Assembly: GCF_009914755.1 (NCBI RefSeq)
Contig: NC_060926.1
Strand: one strand, 5' to 3'
Source: the human T2T-CHM13v2.0 reference genome, Homo sapiens
Length of the DNA: 64,000 nt
Numbering within the stretch: the stretch's first letter is position 1; each line of letters starts with the position of its first letter. Positions 11,158-24,200 of this stretch are shown piece by piece. The notes under the pieces are model-generated. The model was not told the origin of the DNA. It saw nothing but the letters and a program-made list of their open reading frames with translations, and did not search any database. The position numbers were made by a program, and so were the translations under genes.

Positions 11158-13465
11158 TTTCTCTTTATGAGTACATGAACAACAATTGACATGAAACAAC
11201 AATTGACATAATTGTTGTTGGAGACTTTTAAGACCTTCTCTCAGATATTGGCAGAACAAGTTGAAATAGAACAAGTTGAAATAGATAGAACAAGTTAAAA
11301 CATAACTTCTGGGGATATAAGGAATGTTGATGGAGGAAACTTAATTAATGGATTCTTAATGGCTACATGTGGCCTGGCATAAGGATCAGAATACTGAGGA
11401 CCCCCAGTCACAGTCACAGAATGTCTCTACCTACCTATTAACCTTTACCTATGGGTATTCATGGGGAGCAGAGACATAGCAGGCTGAAGGCTAGAGGGAT
11501 GTCAGAAGAGCTAAAGAAGATCACTCTGAGGCACAACCTTCATTCCCCATGTGCACAGAAGCAGCTTATAGAAGGCTAGGGTTCAAGTAGGAAAGCAGTG
11601 AGATTCATCCAGAGCATACAGAGCTTTGGCTGAGTGCAAAATAGAGGCTTGCAGAAAACTGTAGATGGGGCAGGAGACCTGAGAGGCAGCCTTCTGCAGT
11701 TCAGCAGACCTTTGTAGAAAGTGCTTCAGAGGTCCACTGAAGGCTAGGGGAAGGGAATCAGGGGAGAAGGGACATACTGAGGCCCCAAACCCCAGACCAG
11801 GAGCCCAGAATTCAAAGAGAACTCAGTGACTTAGAGAGTTGGCCACTAGGCTATAAAATAGGAAGAGACCACCCTGGTTTAGAAATCTGCACGCTGGGCT
11901 ATAAAGCTTAAAGGGTCCTTCAGAGTCTGACTATGCTCAGATTCTAAGCCACATTGAGCTAAAAGCCCTAATCCTGTGCTCAAATCACTTGAAGCCAGTC
12001 AAAACCATCTAACCAGTTCTGCAATAAAACCCAGGCAGATCAACTACAGTTTAGACTGGTTTAGCCTTATTCCTGCCTCCTGGTACACATGCAAACACAC
12101 TGTGGAGGGACACACTGCATGTGTGAGACCAAAAGCAGGAATCAGTTGGCTTCTCATCAGAAGCAATGCAGGCCAGAACACATTGGACTATTTTTAAAGT
12201 GCTGACAGGAAAAAAAGTTTGTTCAGAATCATATAATATTATATCATAGGATATGACATATTAGCAAATTATCCTTCAAAATGAAGGAACATAATGGCCT
12301 TTACAGATAGACAAATGCTAACTGGTTTCCTGCAGACCTGTGCTATAAGAAACTGAAGGAAGTTCTTTCATGCTGAAGTGAAATGATACTTCATAAACAC
12401 CTGAATCTGCAAGAAGGAATACAGAGGCAAAGCTTTTCAAAAAACTGTTAAAAACTGATCTTTGTGTGAGACACAAAAGAACGAACCATTCATTTAAATG
12501 AACCATTTAAACAAACTTTAAATATTAAGACACAGATTGAAAGAATTAGAATGGAAAATATATAACATGCAAATGATAAACATAAGAAGGCTGGTGAAAC
12601 TATACTGTTAATTAAAAAATGGGTCTCAAGAATAGGAGAGTTCCTAGAGATAAAGAGAGAAACTTCATTTTCTCTTTATGAATAAATGGTTAATACACAA
12701 AACAACAATTGACAGAACTAATTACAGTTGGAAAATTTTAAGACCTTCTCTCAGAGATTGATAGAACAAGTTGAAATAAAACTCAGTAAGGATATAGAGG
12801 ATTTGAACAATATTAGCAACCAATGTGACCATAATTGACAATTATAAAACACCACATCCAACATTTAAAATAGGTATTCTGTTCTAAAGTTGATATAAAA
12901 CATTCACCATATGCAGGGTCACAAAACAAATCACAATACATTTCAAGGAACTGAAATCATATGGAATATGTTTCTGGCCACAACAGTGATAAATTAGAAT
13001 CAGTAACCGTGAGATATCAGAAAAGTCTCAAAACAACTAAAAAAGAAAGAGAAAAAAGGAAAGGAAGGAAGGAAGGCAAGAGAGGAAGAAGAGAGAGAAA
13101 AAGAAGGAAAAAAAAGTTAGAAGACTTATTCCATCTAATTGTACTGTGAAGCTACAGAGTAATCAAGAGATGGTATAGTATCAGCATAAGTACCAAAACT
13201 ATATCAAATAAAACAGAAATATATCCACACATCCATAACCAGCTGATTTTTTTTTACAAAGGTGCCAAGTTAATTAAAAGGAGGAAATTAAAGTGTTTTT
13301 GTAAATGGTCCTAGAAAAACTGACTATTCACATAAAAATCCCCCGAATTTCAATCCTTGCCTCATACCATAGGATAACAAAAAATAACTCAAGATAAATT
13401 ATAATTTTATTGTAAAATTTAAAACTGTTCAACTTTCGAATTAAGACACAGGAGGATAACTGGGC
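11158..13465 (+). mobile_element. Ancient L1M fragments (possible 5' region, ORF1 end, ORF2 endonuclease and later ORF2)
   Basis: cttctcatcagaagcaatgcaggccaga and aaattatccttcaaaatgaagga (ORF1 C-term); gttggagactttt..gaccttctctcag (EN VGDFNTPLS-like); aagctacag..taatcaaga and tttacaaaggtgccaag (ORF2). Assignment of 11330-12100 is tentative. Confidence 0.75.
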
Positions 13466-13849
13466 AATTTATTGTTTTTTTTTGAAGCTAGGCTGTTGCA
13501 ATAATTCAGGCAAAAGGTAAAGATTTCCTGGACTAAGGCAGTGGACATCAAGAGGGAGAAGAAGGAAGCAGGAATTTATTCTCAAAGGGCTCTCTCTAAA
13601 GTCTGCGATTCCTCAGACTACAGTCAATCTGTGTCATATGAGGACCTCGGATGGAAGAGCAGAAGCCGAAAACTAATCTTGGAATTTGCTAGATTTGTTC
13701 TGGCCCCTTTTTGCTTACAGGAGATTTAGATGATTGTGTGAAGTGAGGTATTGCTGGATCCTTTCTCTAGTCCATCCACAGACTGCATAGACTCAACAGC
13801 CTATACTCTTGTCGTCCCTTAAGTGCATGGGTAAAAACTGTCTGAAGGC

Positions 13850-13955
13850 CTGAGCCTCACCTTCTTCATATGTAAAATGGGGGTAATAATAGTGTATTTG
13901 TAATAATATTGTTATGATAATTAAGTGAGCTAACACAGTAAAGCACTCAGTGTAA
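13850..13955 (+). mobile_element. MIR
   Basis: ctgagcctcaccttcttcatatgtaaaatgggggtaataatag is the MIR core. Confidence 0.8.
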
Positions 13956-14522
13956 CAATTTATTATTCCAGGTAGTTGTTCACTGTTTTTCTTGCTATCT
14001 TTTTGTGTTTTCCTATTTTGACACTCTTTTATTCAGTACCTTTTAGCACTTTGGACTCTATTTTGTAACAATGTTTAGGTATCCTATGAAGGCTGGGGTT
14101 TCTCCTAATAAGTGCAAATCATTAAAAGTTTTGTGTGCTGAGACAGCATACTGTGTACTTAAAGTTTGCTTGTTGAAAGCACAGATAAAGGAAATGCCCA
14201 ATCAAGTTTTGGTGAAAGACAGTGACAGACTGGGGTCTAAGCGTCTCTCTGCTCTATTTCTTCTTTCTTCCCAGCCATCATCCATGGAAAGTCCAGATTA
14301 GCCTCCTGGATGGATTTGTGAGAAGCAGAGCCTCTCCTCCAAGCCAGAGAAGCCATTGTGTACCAGCTCGCCCTATTAGCATACCATGTGCCCAGGAGTA
14401 AACAGGTAATTGTGGGACCACAGACAGATTAACCCATCACCTAAGGTGAGGCAGCTGAGCTGGGAAAACCAGAGGTCTATTTAATTTCCTCATTACTTTT
14501 ATAGTGATTGAAACAAAAAGCT

Positions 14523-14692
14523 ATTTATTTATTATTGAAGAGAGAGGTTCTCATTCTGTCACCCAGGCTGGAGTACAGTGGCACAATCATAGCTGCCTGC
14601 AGCTTTGAACTCCTGGGGCTCAAGCAGTCCTCCTGCCTCAGCCCCCCAAGTAGCTAGGACTAGAAATGGGTGCCACCATGCCTGGCTAATTT
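14523..14692 (-). mobile_element. AluJ right arm / FRAM-like monomer
   Basis: ctgtcacccaggctggagtacagtggcacaatcatagct...gctcaagcagtcctcctgcctcagc; single arm only. Confidence 0.88.
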
Positions 14693-15279
14693 CAAAAAAC
14701 CATTAAAAAACATAAATAAAATGATGTGCTTGGGAATGTGAAGAGTGTGTGTGGGTTGAAAATGAATATTTCTTCCAATGAACAGCAATTTAATAAAACT
14801 GAAAATTCTGACATTTTCTTGCTAGTACGGTTGATAGCTGTCTGGTTCATCCAGATGGTTGGTAACAGACTGCTTGAAGTGAGAATCCCAAATGAGGTAT
14901 AAGCAGTGAGTGAATTTTTGCAGAGTGGTGCCGAGTGTCTTAGAGTGCGGTACTGATGATGCATTGTGGGTTTAGTAACCAGCTGAGGTCCTCGGTACCT
15001 CAGGTGGTGCAGTCCCAGGACCCAGGGGTTCAACACAAAGCAAAAAGCACTTTGAATGGGATGGGGCAGGTGCTGGTAATGAAAGAGAGTGCCTCTCTTC
15101 ATTGTATCATGAGTTCTATGACAAGACTTTCACCAACCATGTAAGATATTAAATGAGATAATACAGTATGCTCAGCTGGAAGGAAAGATAAGGGCTTCTC
15201 TGTATTATGTATCTGTTCTTTTGTAAAGTCTGGTCACCATAATACAGGGAAATCCTTACCTTCTTTTTTAGTTGAACAT

Positions 15280-15445
15280 CTCATATGCTAGTTAATCCTC
15301 ATATCAATTTCATACAGTGATATTATTTTTAGGACACAGAAAGAGAAACTGAGGCACAGTATGTCAATAAGTTGGCCAAAGTCATACAGGCACTCCGTGA
15401 AAGAGCTGAGGTTTGTATAAATTCTGTCTAATGCCAAAAGTGATA
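15280..15445 (-). mobile_element. MIR
   Basis: acagaaagagaaactgaggcacag...tggccaaagtcatacag. Confidence 0.7.
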
Positions 15446-16173
15446 CCTTCCACTCTGTGATAGCCACTCTGTGATACCTTCCATTCCTTTGCCCTTTCCT
15501 GTCCTCCAGTTTAGCTCTTGGCTACTTTGCTCATGCTGTAACCTTCTCCCCATGCCTAAAAGGCCCTTTCTCTTCCTCTTCTCTCAACATGTTCTCAACA
15601 AGAAAACATGCCAGCTTTCTTGTTGATGACTCATAAGTTGGATAATCTCTCCTAGCACCATTTTACTACCTGCTTTCCACATACTAGTGACTCCTCATAA
15701 TCTTTGGGGAGGACATTTAATTTGTGAACATTCACTGCCCTTTAATTTTGACTTCTGGTTGCATTTTAGTATTCTTTTCCAATGGACTGCCTCATAACCT
15801 GTGCAACATCAGCATCCAATCACTGTAAAGTGTGCAAATGTCCCCATGTTTTTTCTGGTCTATATCTATGCTGGCCCTGATGTTGGTATAATTCCCAGAG
15901 GGTCTTTTACAACCTCTTTTAGGAAGGCTTCATTGACAGCCTCAGGCTAGGTTTATGCTATTTCTTTATGTTCACCTAACACTGCATATTTTACTCTGTC
16001 AAAGGACTTTGTGATTCTCTAGTGAATTTTTCAATTTACTCATCTAATTTTCCAATTATATTGCAAATATTGAAAGCAGGAGCTATAACCAACTCAGCTG
16101 GTTACCCACAGTGCTTAGCATAGGAACAGCTAATAATAGGAATGTAGAAAATGCTGAAAAATAATGTGACTTG

Positions 16174-16520
<347 letters not shown>

Positions 16521-19500
16521 CTATGATGTGCAAAGCCCTATGCTAGACTGTAAGAATGCTGAAGCCAAAAATATGCTCACTGCTCTTAAGTGGCTCACAG
16601 ATAGCAGAGAACCTGATATTTGAATGGATATTTGGGGCAATGTCCCATAGGTTAATGTAAGAGAATGTTTGCCACTGTGGGAACTCAGAGGAAAATGCCT
16701 AGGAAATGAAGAAAGCTTTTTTCTCTTTATTTTAGAGGACATTCTATTCCATAGTCCTGAAGAGCCTCTTTTGCATTTAGATGGAAATTAACAGGTTATC
16801 ACCTAGTGTTTGATATTATTAGTTCTCGCACTAATCTTCTTAAGTACAAGTCTTGGTCTGTGATCTTGAGCAAATTATTTACTCTCTCTGTGCCACAGAT
16901 TCCTCATTTGTAAAATAGGAGTAATACACTGCCAGGACAATCAGTTCCATCAAGCAGGGCAGGGGCTGAGAGTTATGCTGCTGGCCTTTCTTTCTCTGGG
17001 TCTTCAGTTGGAATGTGGCTGGCCCATGCTGGTTTTGTGTTTAAATGCTGTACTTATAACAAGAAGAATCTTTTTTTTTAAGCTGTAGATTTATAAAAAC
17101 TGATCATATGCTGTGTATACAGAAATCTCAAGATGGTAGAGACATGTATGAATGTACTAAGTAGTAGTACTAAGTATTCCACCATGCTTATTGGTAAGGT
17201 AGGTTTTATTGCAAAACTCACACTAGGTACTTACAAATGTAGCCCACTTCTTTCCAACTATGAAAACAGTGTCACTACTTTATGGTTCAGTCCCTGCAGA
17301 CCCTTCTCAACCCTTTTCCTATAGGTAATTTTCTTCTGCATCCTTCCTCCTACCTCCTACATAAAAAAAAGAAATCAGTGAACCCAAAATAAATATGAAT
17401 AATAAATGTATATGCCTACCACATAGGATTGTTGTAAGGATGAAATGTGGATGTCTTGATATCTTAGAATGATATCTTGCATTCAATAAATGCTAGCATT
17501 ATCAGTCTTTTCATTACAATTATTATTGTTGTCCTCAGCAAACCAGCGAACTCCATAATTCTGGGACAGGCCTTTTCAATGACATGAAAATATAGAGTAG
17601 CAGCTCCAGCCCTATATTTATGTTCATGTTTGTGCCATAGAGATTTGTGAGGGGGACACACAAAGTGAGAAAGAGATATGGATTCTGTTTGGATTCCTTG
17701 GGAGAACATGCATTTTTTAAGAGCTGGAAACTTAAAACATAAAAAACAAAGATATCCTAGAATTTGTTGCTCAAGGTTCTGAAGAGACTTCTTAAATTTT
17801 GAGAGCTGGAAAGAGGGGAAACATTTATTCTTTGCGACCTAATAGCAGGAGAACTGTCATGCTACAATTCACGTTTCTCAACTAGATGAGAAAAACAGGC
17901 TCAAATACTTTCCAATGCCTTGAATGTTTAGTGAGAGATGTGAAACTGGTAGAGTCCCCTGGTCCCTGTTTGTAGACTCATTATGCTTTCTCCTGGAATG
18001 TTCTGAATTCCTCTTAAACTCACAGAGATTGGTGGATACAGTCTTGGCTCATCACAGCCAATTCCAGCACACATCTCCCTCTGGGACTTGGGACTTCTGA
18101 ACAAATGGCACATCCAGCTGCAACCTCTTCTTCCATTCTCCCCCAACTCCACATTCAAGTCTTGAAAATTACATTTTCTACTCTTCAATCAACTCCCAAA
18201 TGTAGACTTCCTCTACCTTTTGCTTTATATCTCCCAAGGTTGCAAATGTATTTCATTCCAGCACTGAAACAATTTAAAATAACTAGCATATCTTGCCTGG
18301 AGAGAGAGGGCTCTTGGTAGCAATCTCCCTGTGGTCTATCCTACTATTTCTACTTTCTTCTTGATTTAGAGTCTGTCACTGTGAATGGGGACCCATTGTT
18401 CTCGGGAAGAAATCTGATATTCTCAAGTAGCCCTCGACACCTTCACTGGCTGCCTCCCTTTTCTTTCTCTGTTCTTGCCCACAGCCTCTGAGGACTAACT
18501 TCACACATTTCCCCCATGCTACTTGGCCTAAGACTTGCTTTGCTCCTCCATGCTGGCCTCCCCCAGCCCCCTCCTGGTAACCTCAAGATGTAAAATGCTA
18601 TAGTGTCTCTGGCTTGGACTCCTTATCTGGCCCCAGATTCTTTCCTTCTCCCTCTAAGACATTGAAGAAGAAGAAGTAATGTTCATTTATAATGCCTAAC
18701 TTCTCTAACTTTTCCTTCCAGTCTCCTTCAGATGACATTTTTGCTCATGCTGCCTTACAAATGAAATGTCCTTTTCTCAATTGCCCTAGAAGACGTGACA
18801 TTTACCCAGAATTAGTTGGGATTAGATCCTTAGATTGTTGCATTAGATGAGAAATAGTTTTAACAAAGTTGGTGATGGGTTGTATATCAAAACAGAGAGA
18901 AGTGGGAGGCACTCGCTGCTTTCGAGACAGTATCCTCCTTCCACAATGGAATTTTTGGCAAGATCTTCAAGTTCTTGAGTTTCTTTTTCTCTTTCCTTCC
19001 CAGAACTGCAGGAAAGAGTAATTTTTAATTATTTAGGCTTCTCACCACCACCACTTTATTGTCCTACATGCTTTGTAACATGCTGTAGATGAAACCTGAA
19101 TATCACACGAGGCTTCAGAATCAGGAAAATGTGTTCAATGACTATTCTAATTCCTCTCACCCAGATATTAAGCCATGTTCTTAATAGTATCTTCTATTGG
19201 CTGTGCTTTTATATATCTCCAGAACACTTTCAGACACATTCTTATTTGACTTCAAAAGTTGGTTTATCTACTTCCTGTCCAGGGGTTGTCTTCTGATTGA
19301 GTGGCTACAATGTGGTCAGAGGGACATATACCTTCACCTACCAACGTGACAAATCAAAACCAACAGACACAAAAGACTTAGGTACACGATTATTTTTGGA
19401 CTAAGTACTATGAATACGAACCCAAATAGGCCTAGTTCCTTCCTTCAATGAGCCTGCATTCTGTGCTGTCCTCAGAATACTTGGGACCCACTTCTGTTGA

Positions 19501-20871
19501 GTTTATAGAAATGTGTGTGTATGCAAGGCTGGATTTTTATAAATTTCTCACTTACAAAATGATTTTTATAAAATGTCTCACTTATGCTTCTTCCTTTTAT
19601 AATAATACAAGCCACATACTTTATAAGACACTAAAAATATTTTATGAATGGTTTTTGAAACCAAATATAAATGTGATTATTTTACAGTAAAGTTCACATC
19701 CAGGTTATGAGGAATTAAGAGACTCTTGACAGATAGTCTGGATGTTGGGATGTGAATATATGTGAATATATATAAATAAATACATCTACATGTGTAAATT
19801 TATATAAATACGCACATACGTGTAGATCTATTTCAGGGTAAATATGGTAAGTAATGCATTTTGTTTGAATATTTTGCTCTCTTTGTAGATAAATAAGTGA
19901 GTTTTGTTTATCCTAGTAAAGGAGTACTTCCTAAACAGGATTCTATTCATTGCAGTAATAGGGAACTAGTGATTCTAAGTTGGAGAACTGGTGTGTCTAC
20001 TATCATCACTTATCACAAAGACCTTGGTGTAGGATATGCTCCTGGGAGAAGGCTCATAGGGAGAGAGATTTTTGTGATGGAGTAATCCAGATGTTTGAAC
20101 AGCTGTATTAGCAGAGTTGTTTGGACAATTTTACACAATAATATTTTGTGATCAAGTTTTGTTATGTGAAATGGCCATTGTTTCTCAAAGTTCTTTTACT
20201 CAGAAACAGAACATGAATTCATAGAGGGTCACAATTTAATTGAGAAAATGAAATATATCCTTCTGAGATGTTACACTAAAACACAAATGGCTTTTGCTCC
20301 ATCCCAGACATTCATGTGAAACAAAGCATTCTGCTAAAGAAGAAACCCATAAGGACTTTTTAAAATAGGATACACTTTGATTGTGATCCAAGGAAGAACT
20401 GATAGTGAGAGATTAAAACATTTCCAGGGAAATTTATAGCTTCCTGCATTTTTAAGGTTACTTTATGTCTTTACTTAATGGGCAGGCATAATTTATATTT
20501 GCCATGGCAGAAAGACGCATGGCCAGAGATTTTCTCTGCTACTCAGGATCTTGGTTGATTTAAGAGAGGAGATGCTATCTCATGCAGTACCAAATGGAGC
20601 CAAGACCTGTACACTTCACACAGCAGCCAAGCCTGTCTATATATGTTGACACGTTTTATAGGCAGTACTTTTCTGAGCTCTTGATCAAGATCAGAATAAA
20701 AATACAAATAATAATAATAAGATAAAAAAAAGGATAGGAAAAGAGGAGCAGGAGAATAAAGTGAAATTGCTACTGTGCCAGAAATGCTAAGATTAGCATC
20801 AGCAATTAATAATCCTAGGGCTTCTGTAATTCTAGAGTGTTCTGTAATTCTAGAGTGTGTGTTAACTAGAG

Positions 20872-21330
20872 TCAACTCAGCAAATGTTTATGGAGACCAT
20901 GTGCCAAGCATTGTGCTAGACACTGAAAGATTAGAAAGGTGAATCAGACTCACCCCTCTATGATCTAGTTGGGACACTCTCCTATGGGAATTATTGCCAA
21001 GAAAAAAAAAGACATTAAATGTGACAGAGAAGCACAAAGAAAAATACTATAGGAACAAAACTCAGAGATTCTGCTTGATTTAGAGATTGGGAAAGCCACA
21101 TGGAGGAAGAGAGACATACAAAGGATTTTACAGGAAGTGTGAATTCTGGTGAATGGATATGGAAAAAAAGACATTTTTGCTTGCACAATTTGTGGAGATG
21201 GGAGTATATATATAGCACTGGAGGATGAAGAAGTCTGAGTACGTGGAATAAAGGATGCTTTACGGGGACTGTGGCAAGGAAAGTCTGGGTCATCATTAGT
21301 AGAATCTGTTCTCATTATTAGTAGCACTAG
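20872..21330 (-). mobile_element. L2 fragment
   Basis: tcaactcagcaaatgtttatggag...gtgccaagcattgtgctagacactg (antisense L2 3' end); right boundary uncertain. Confidence 0.6.
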
Positions 21331-23628
21331 AGTGAGGTTTGCTCTAGTGTGGACTTAGAATAGGCCATACACTAAAGCCTGATGTAGGTGGGCACTGGTT
21401 TGAATCCCACCTCCTGCTTTGTTCCAGTTCTCCAAGCCGCCATCCTATGGTTCATTCTGCCATGAGCTTCTCTTTATGCTGCAATAGATTTTAGGGAAAC
21501 TGAAATGACCTGTCAAAGAGAAGGATCCCCTAACGGTGAAAAGGCCAGGTAACACGCTGAGCCGAAGGGGATGCCTGGGTTTTTACTTCGGTTCTGTTCC
21601 AAAGGGACCATCCTTGGACTGTGCTTATCTTCTCCCTCCCTGGAGGCTCCAGATCCTTTTCATTTGGTTTCTAGACATAAGTTGCCTTTAATCATGGGCT
21701 TTAGGGATTTGGGCTTGATCCTGAGAAGTGCTATGAAGTTGTGGACAAAGACTCTGGCTCTGTGAGAGTTCTGCTTACTGGCTATAGCCTAGAAGGGTGC
21801 AGTGCTATGTGTATAAATCATCATTGTACCCTGGTACCCATTAAAATTATTGGACTGAGAATCATTGGCTTGGGATTTTGTCTTGGTTTGACTAAGACTG
21901 AGCTTTATTACCTTGGGCCAGTTACTTAACCTATTTGACCTCCAGTTTTGTCCTTTGTAAAATTATTTGGTTCTACTTGATCTCCAAGTTTTCCTCCAGC
22001 TCCAGTTTTTACTGTTGTTCTACAAAGAAATTCGGATTGTATGGCTTTTAAAACATGAATAATCCAAGAGTGGCTGAAGTTTCACATTTCATATTGACTT
22101 TTGTGTTAAATTTACTTTTAGCTGATATACTTCAAATTTGATATGAAATGGCAAACATTAAGTCATTCTTTCCTTGCAAGTATAATTCTAATGTAAGTCA
22201 TTAATCCTGCCAAGGAGGGAAAAAAGTCAAATATTATTGTAAACAAACAGCTGATGGGAATGCCAAGTTTATTTAAGTTTTGAAAATCTTTGCAGAGGAA
22301 GTAGTATCCTGTAGTGATTAAATCAAACAGCTATATTAGGAATTCCTTACCAAAATCAGGTATTTACAGTAAATTTTGCTGTGGAATGTTGGCTGGTTTC
22401 TATACAGTTCTGAGGCTATTTTGCTTCATCTTGAAAGTAGCAGGGTATTAAAATACAGTACCGTGAACATTTTACCCTGAAGCTTAGCTGCCTTTTATTT
22501 TAGGGAGGAAAAGGTAAAAACTTTGGAATATAGTTGTGTAATGTAGCATAATGCAGTATAAAGAGGAATGCTCACATGTTTAATGCCCCACAAATGGAAC
22601 TTCAGAAAACCACAGTAGCTTTTAAATGGTGCATTGCAAGAATAAAAACATGATCCAACCCTGAAAGCATTCCTGCTGGGTGGCTAGATGTTACTGCCTT
22701 TTAGGCCTGACTTTTCTCAGGGGTAAATCAGACCTTGTACAGCCTTTTATAGAGTGAGGCCTAGATTGTTCCATTATGCTTAGGAAAATATGAAAAACGA
22801 GCTAAGTGTTTCAGCAATTTTTTAAGCTAATTGAATCAGTAAGGCAGAAGCCAAGAGTGGGAGAATTTCTAATTCTGGTCCTTTGCTTTGGGCAATGATA
22901 TTAGAAGCTAATGCATAAAGTATGAGTTATGAATGCCTGTTTACTTGTGTGCCTTCCTAACTAAACTGAGTTGCTTGAAGAAAGGGACCTTGGCTTGTAT
23001 AAATGCATATTTCTGTCTGTGGTGACTAGTACATAAATGGACATAATGGGTCACCAGTGATTATTTGTAGAATAGAAAAATGAATTCAATAGAAAAAAAT
23101 CTTTAGAGCAGAGGAAAATAACAAAAGCAATACATGAATGAGAAGAAGAATGAGCAAAGATTTTCGGGATAAATAGTGGGAATTATTAGCTTTGTGAAAT
23201 GAAGGATTCCTCGGTGCTTGTTAGCTTTCCTTAATGTTCTGTTTAAAATGCATCCGTATTTATTGGACCCTTATTTTTACAATGGGATGAAATCTTGTAA
23301 AATTGGGGTTTTTACATTTCAACAAAGATAGAAGTTGATTCTAGAAATTAAATACAAATTATCCAAAGTGTCATTCTTTGGGGAGCAGTGTATAGGATGG
23401 GGTTGTCTCCTGGGACCTTTAGATGCTTCAATTTGGCCCATTATACAAATACAATTTTTACTACCCTTTTATTGACTGTCTTTAAGTTGACATTTTCATA
23501 CTAGTTTTCTGCCCATCCATCCTGCAGAAAAACGGCTTGATGTAGTGTAGAGAGAGAATATAAGAGCCCTGGAAATCATTATATTTGGCATTCTGGAGTA
23601 CAGGGTGGGTTCATAGATCATAATATAT

Positions 23629-23661
23629 TTGTGTGTGTGTGTGTGCGCGCACGTGTGTGTC
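23629..23661. repeat. (TG)n/(CG) alternating purine-pyrimidine tract
   Basis: tgtgtgtgtgtgtgtgcgcgcacgtgtgtg. Confidence 0.9.
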
Positions 23662-23874
23662 TATGTGACTGACTTAATACTACATATTAACAATGGAAAT
23701 ACCCAAAGTGAAAGAAAATTAAGGAAAAGGCATTTTATTATCCGCTTTCTGATATTGATTTACAATGTCAAAGCAAAGACACAGGGATTGGTGAGATATT
23801 TAGCAATCAATTTTCTATCTGTTTTTCAGTATGTTGCTGGTTTATAACTCGTGTCTTAAAAATTAGTGTGTGAT

Positions 23875-24200
<326 letters not shown>

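Noticed and set aside
11175-11300. Short direct repeats as a CRISPR-like array
   Set aside because: No unique spacers, eukaryotic context, and the units are L1-derived slippage copies.
14692-15102. 136-aa ORF in unique sequence
   Set aside because: No recognisable homology or exon structure; length within chance range.
21385-21420. ggtttgaatccc B-box suggesting a tRNA gene
   Set aside because: No cloverleaf or clear A-box; more likely a decayed MIR head.
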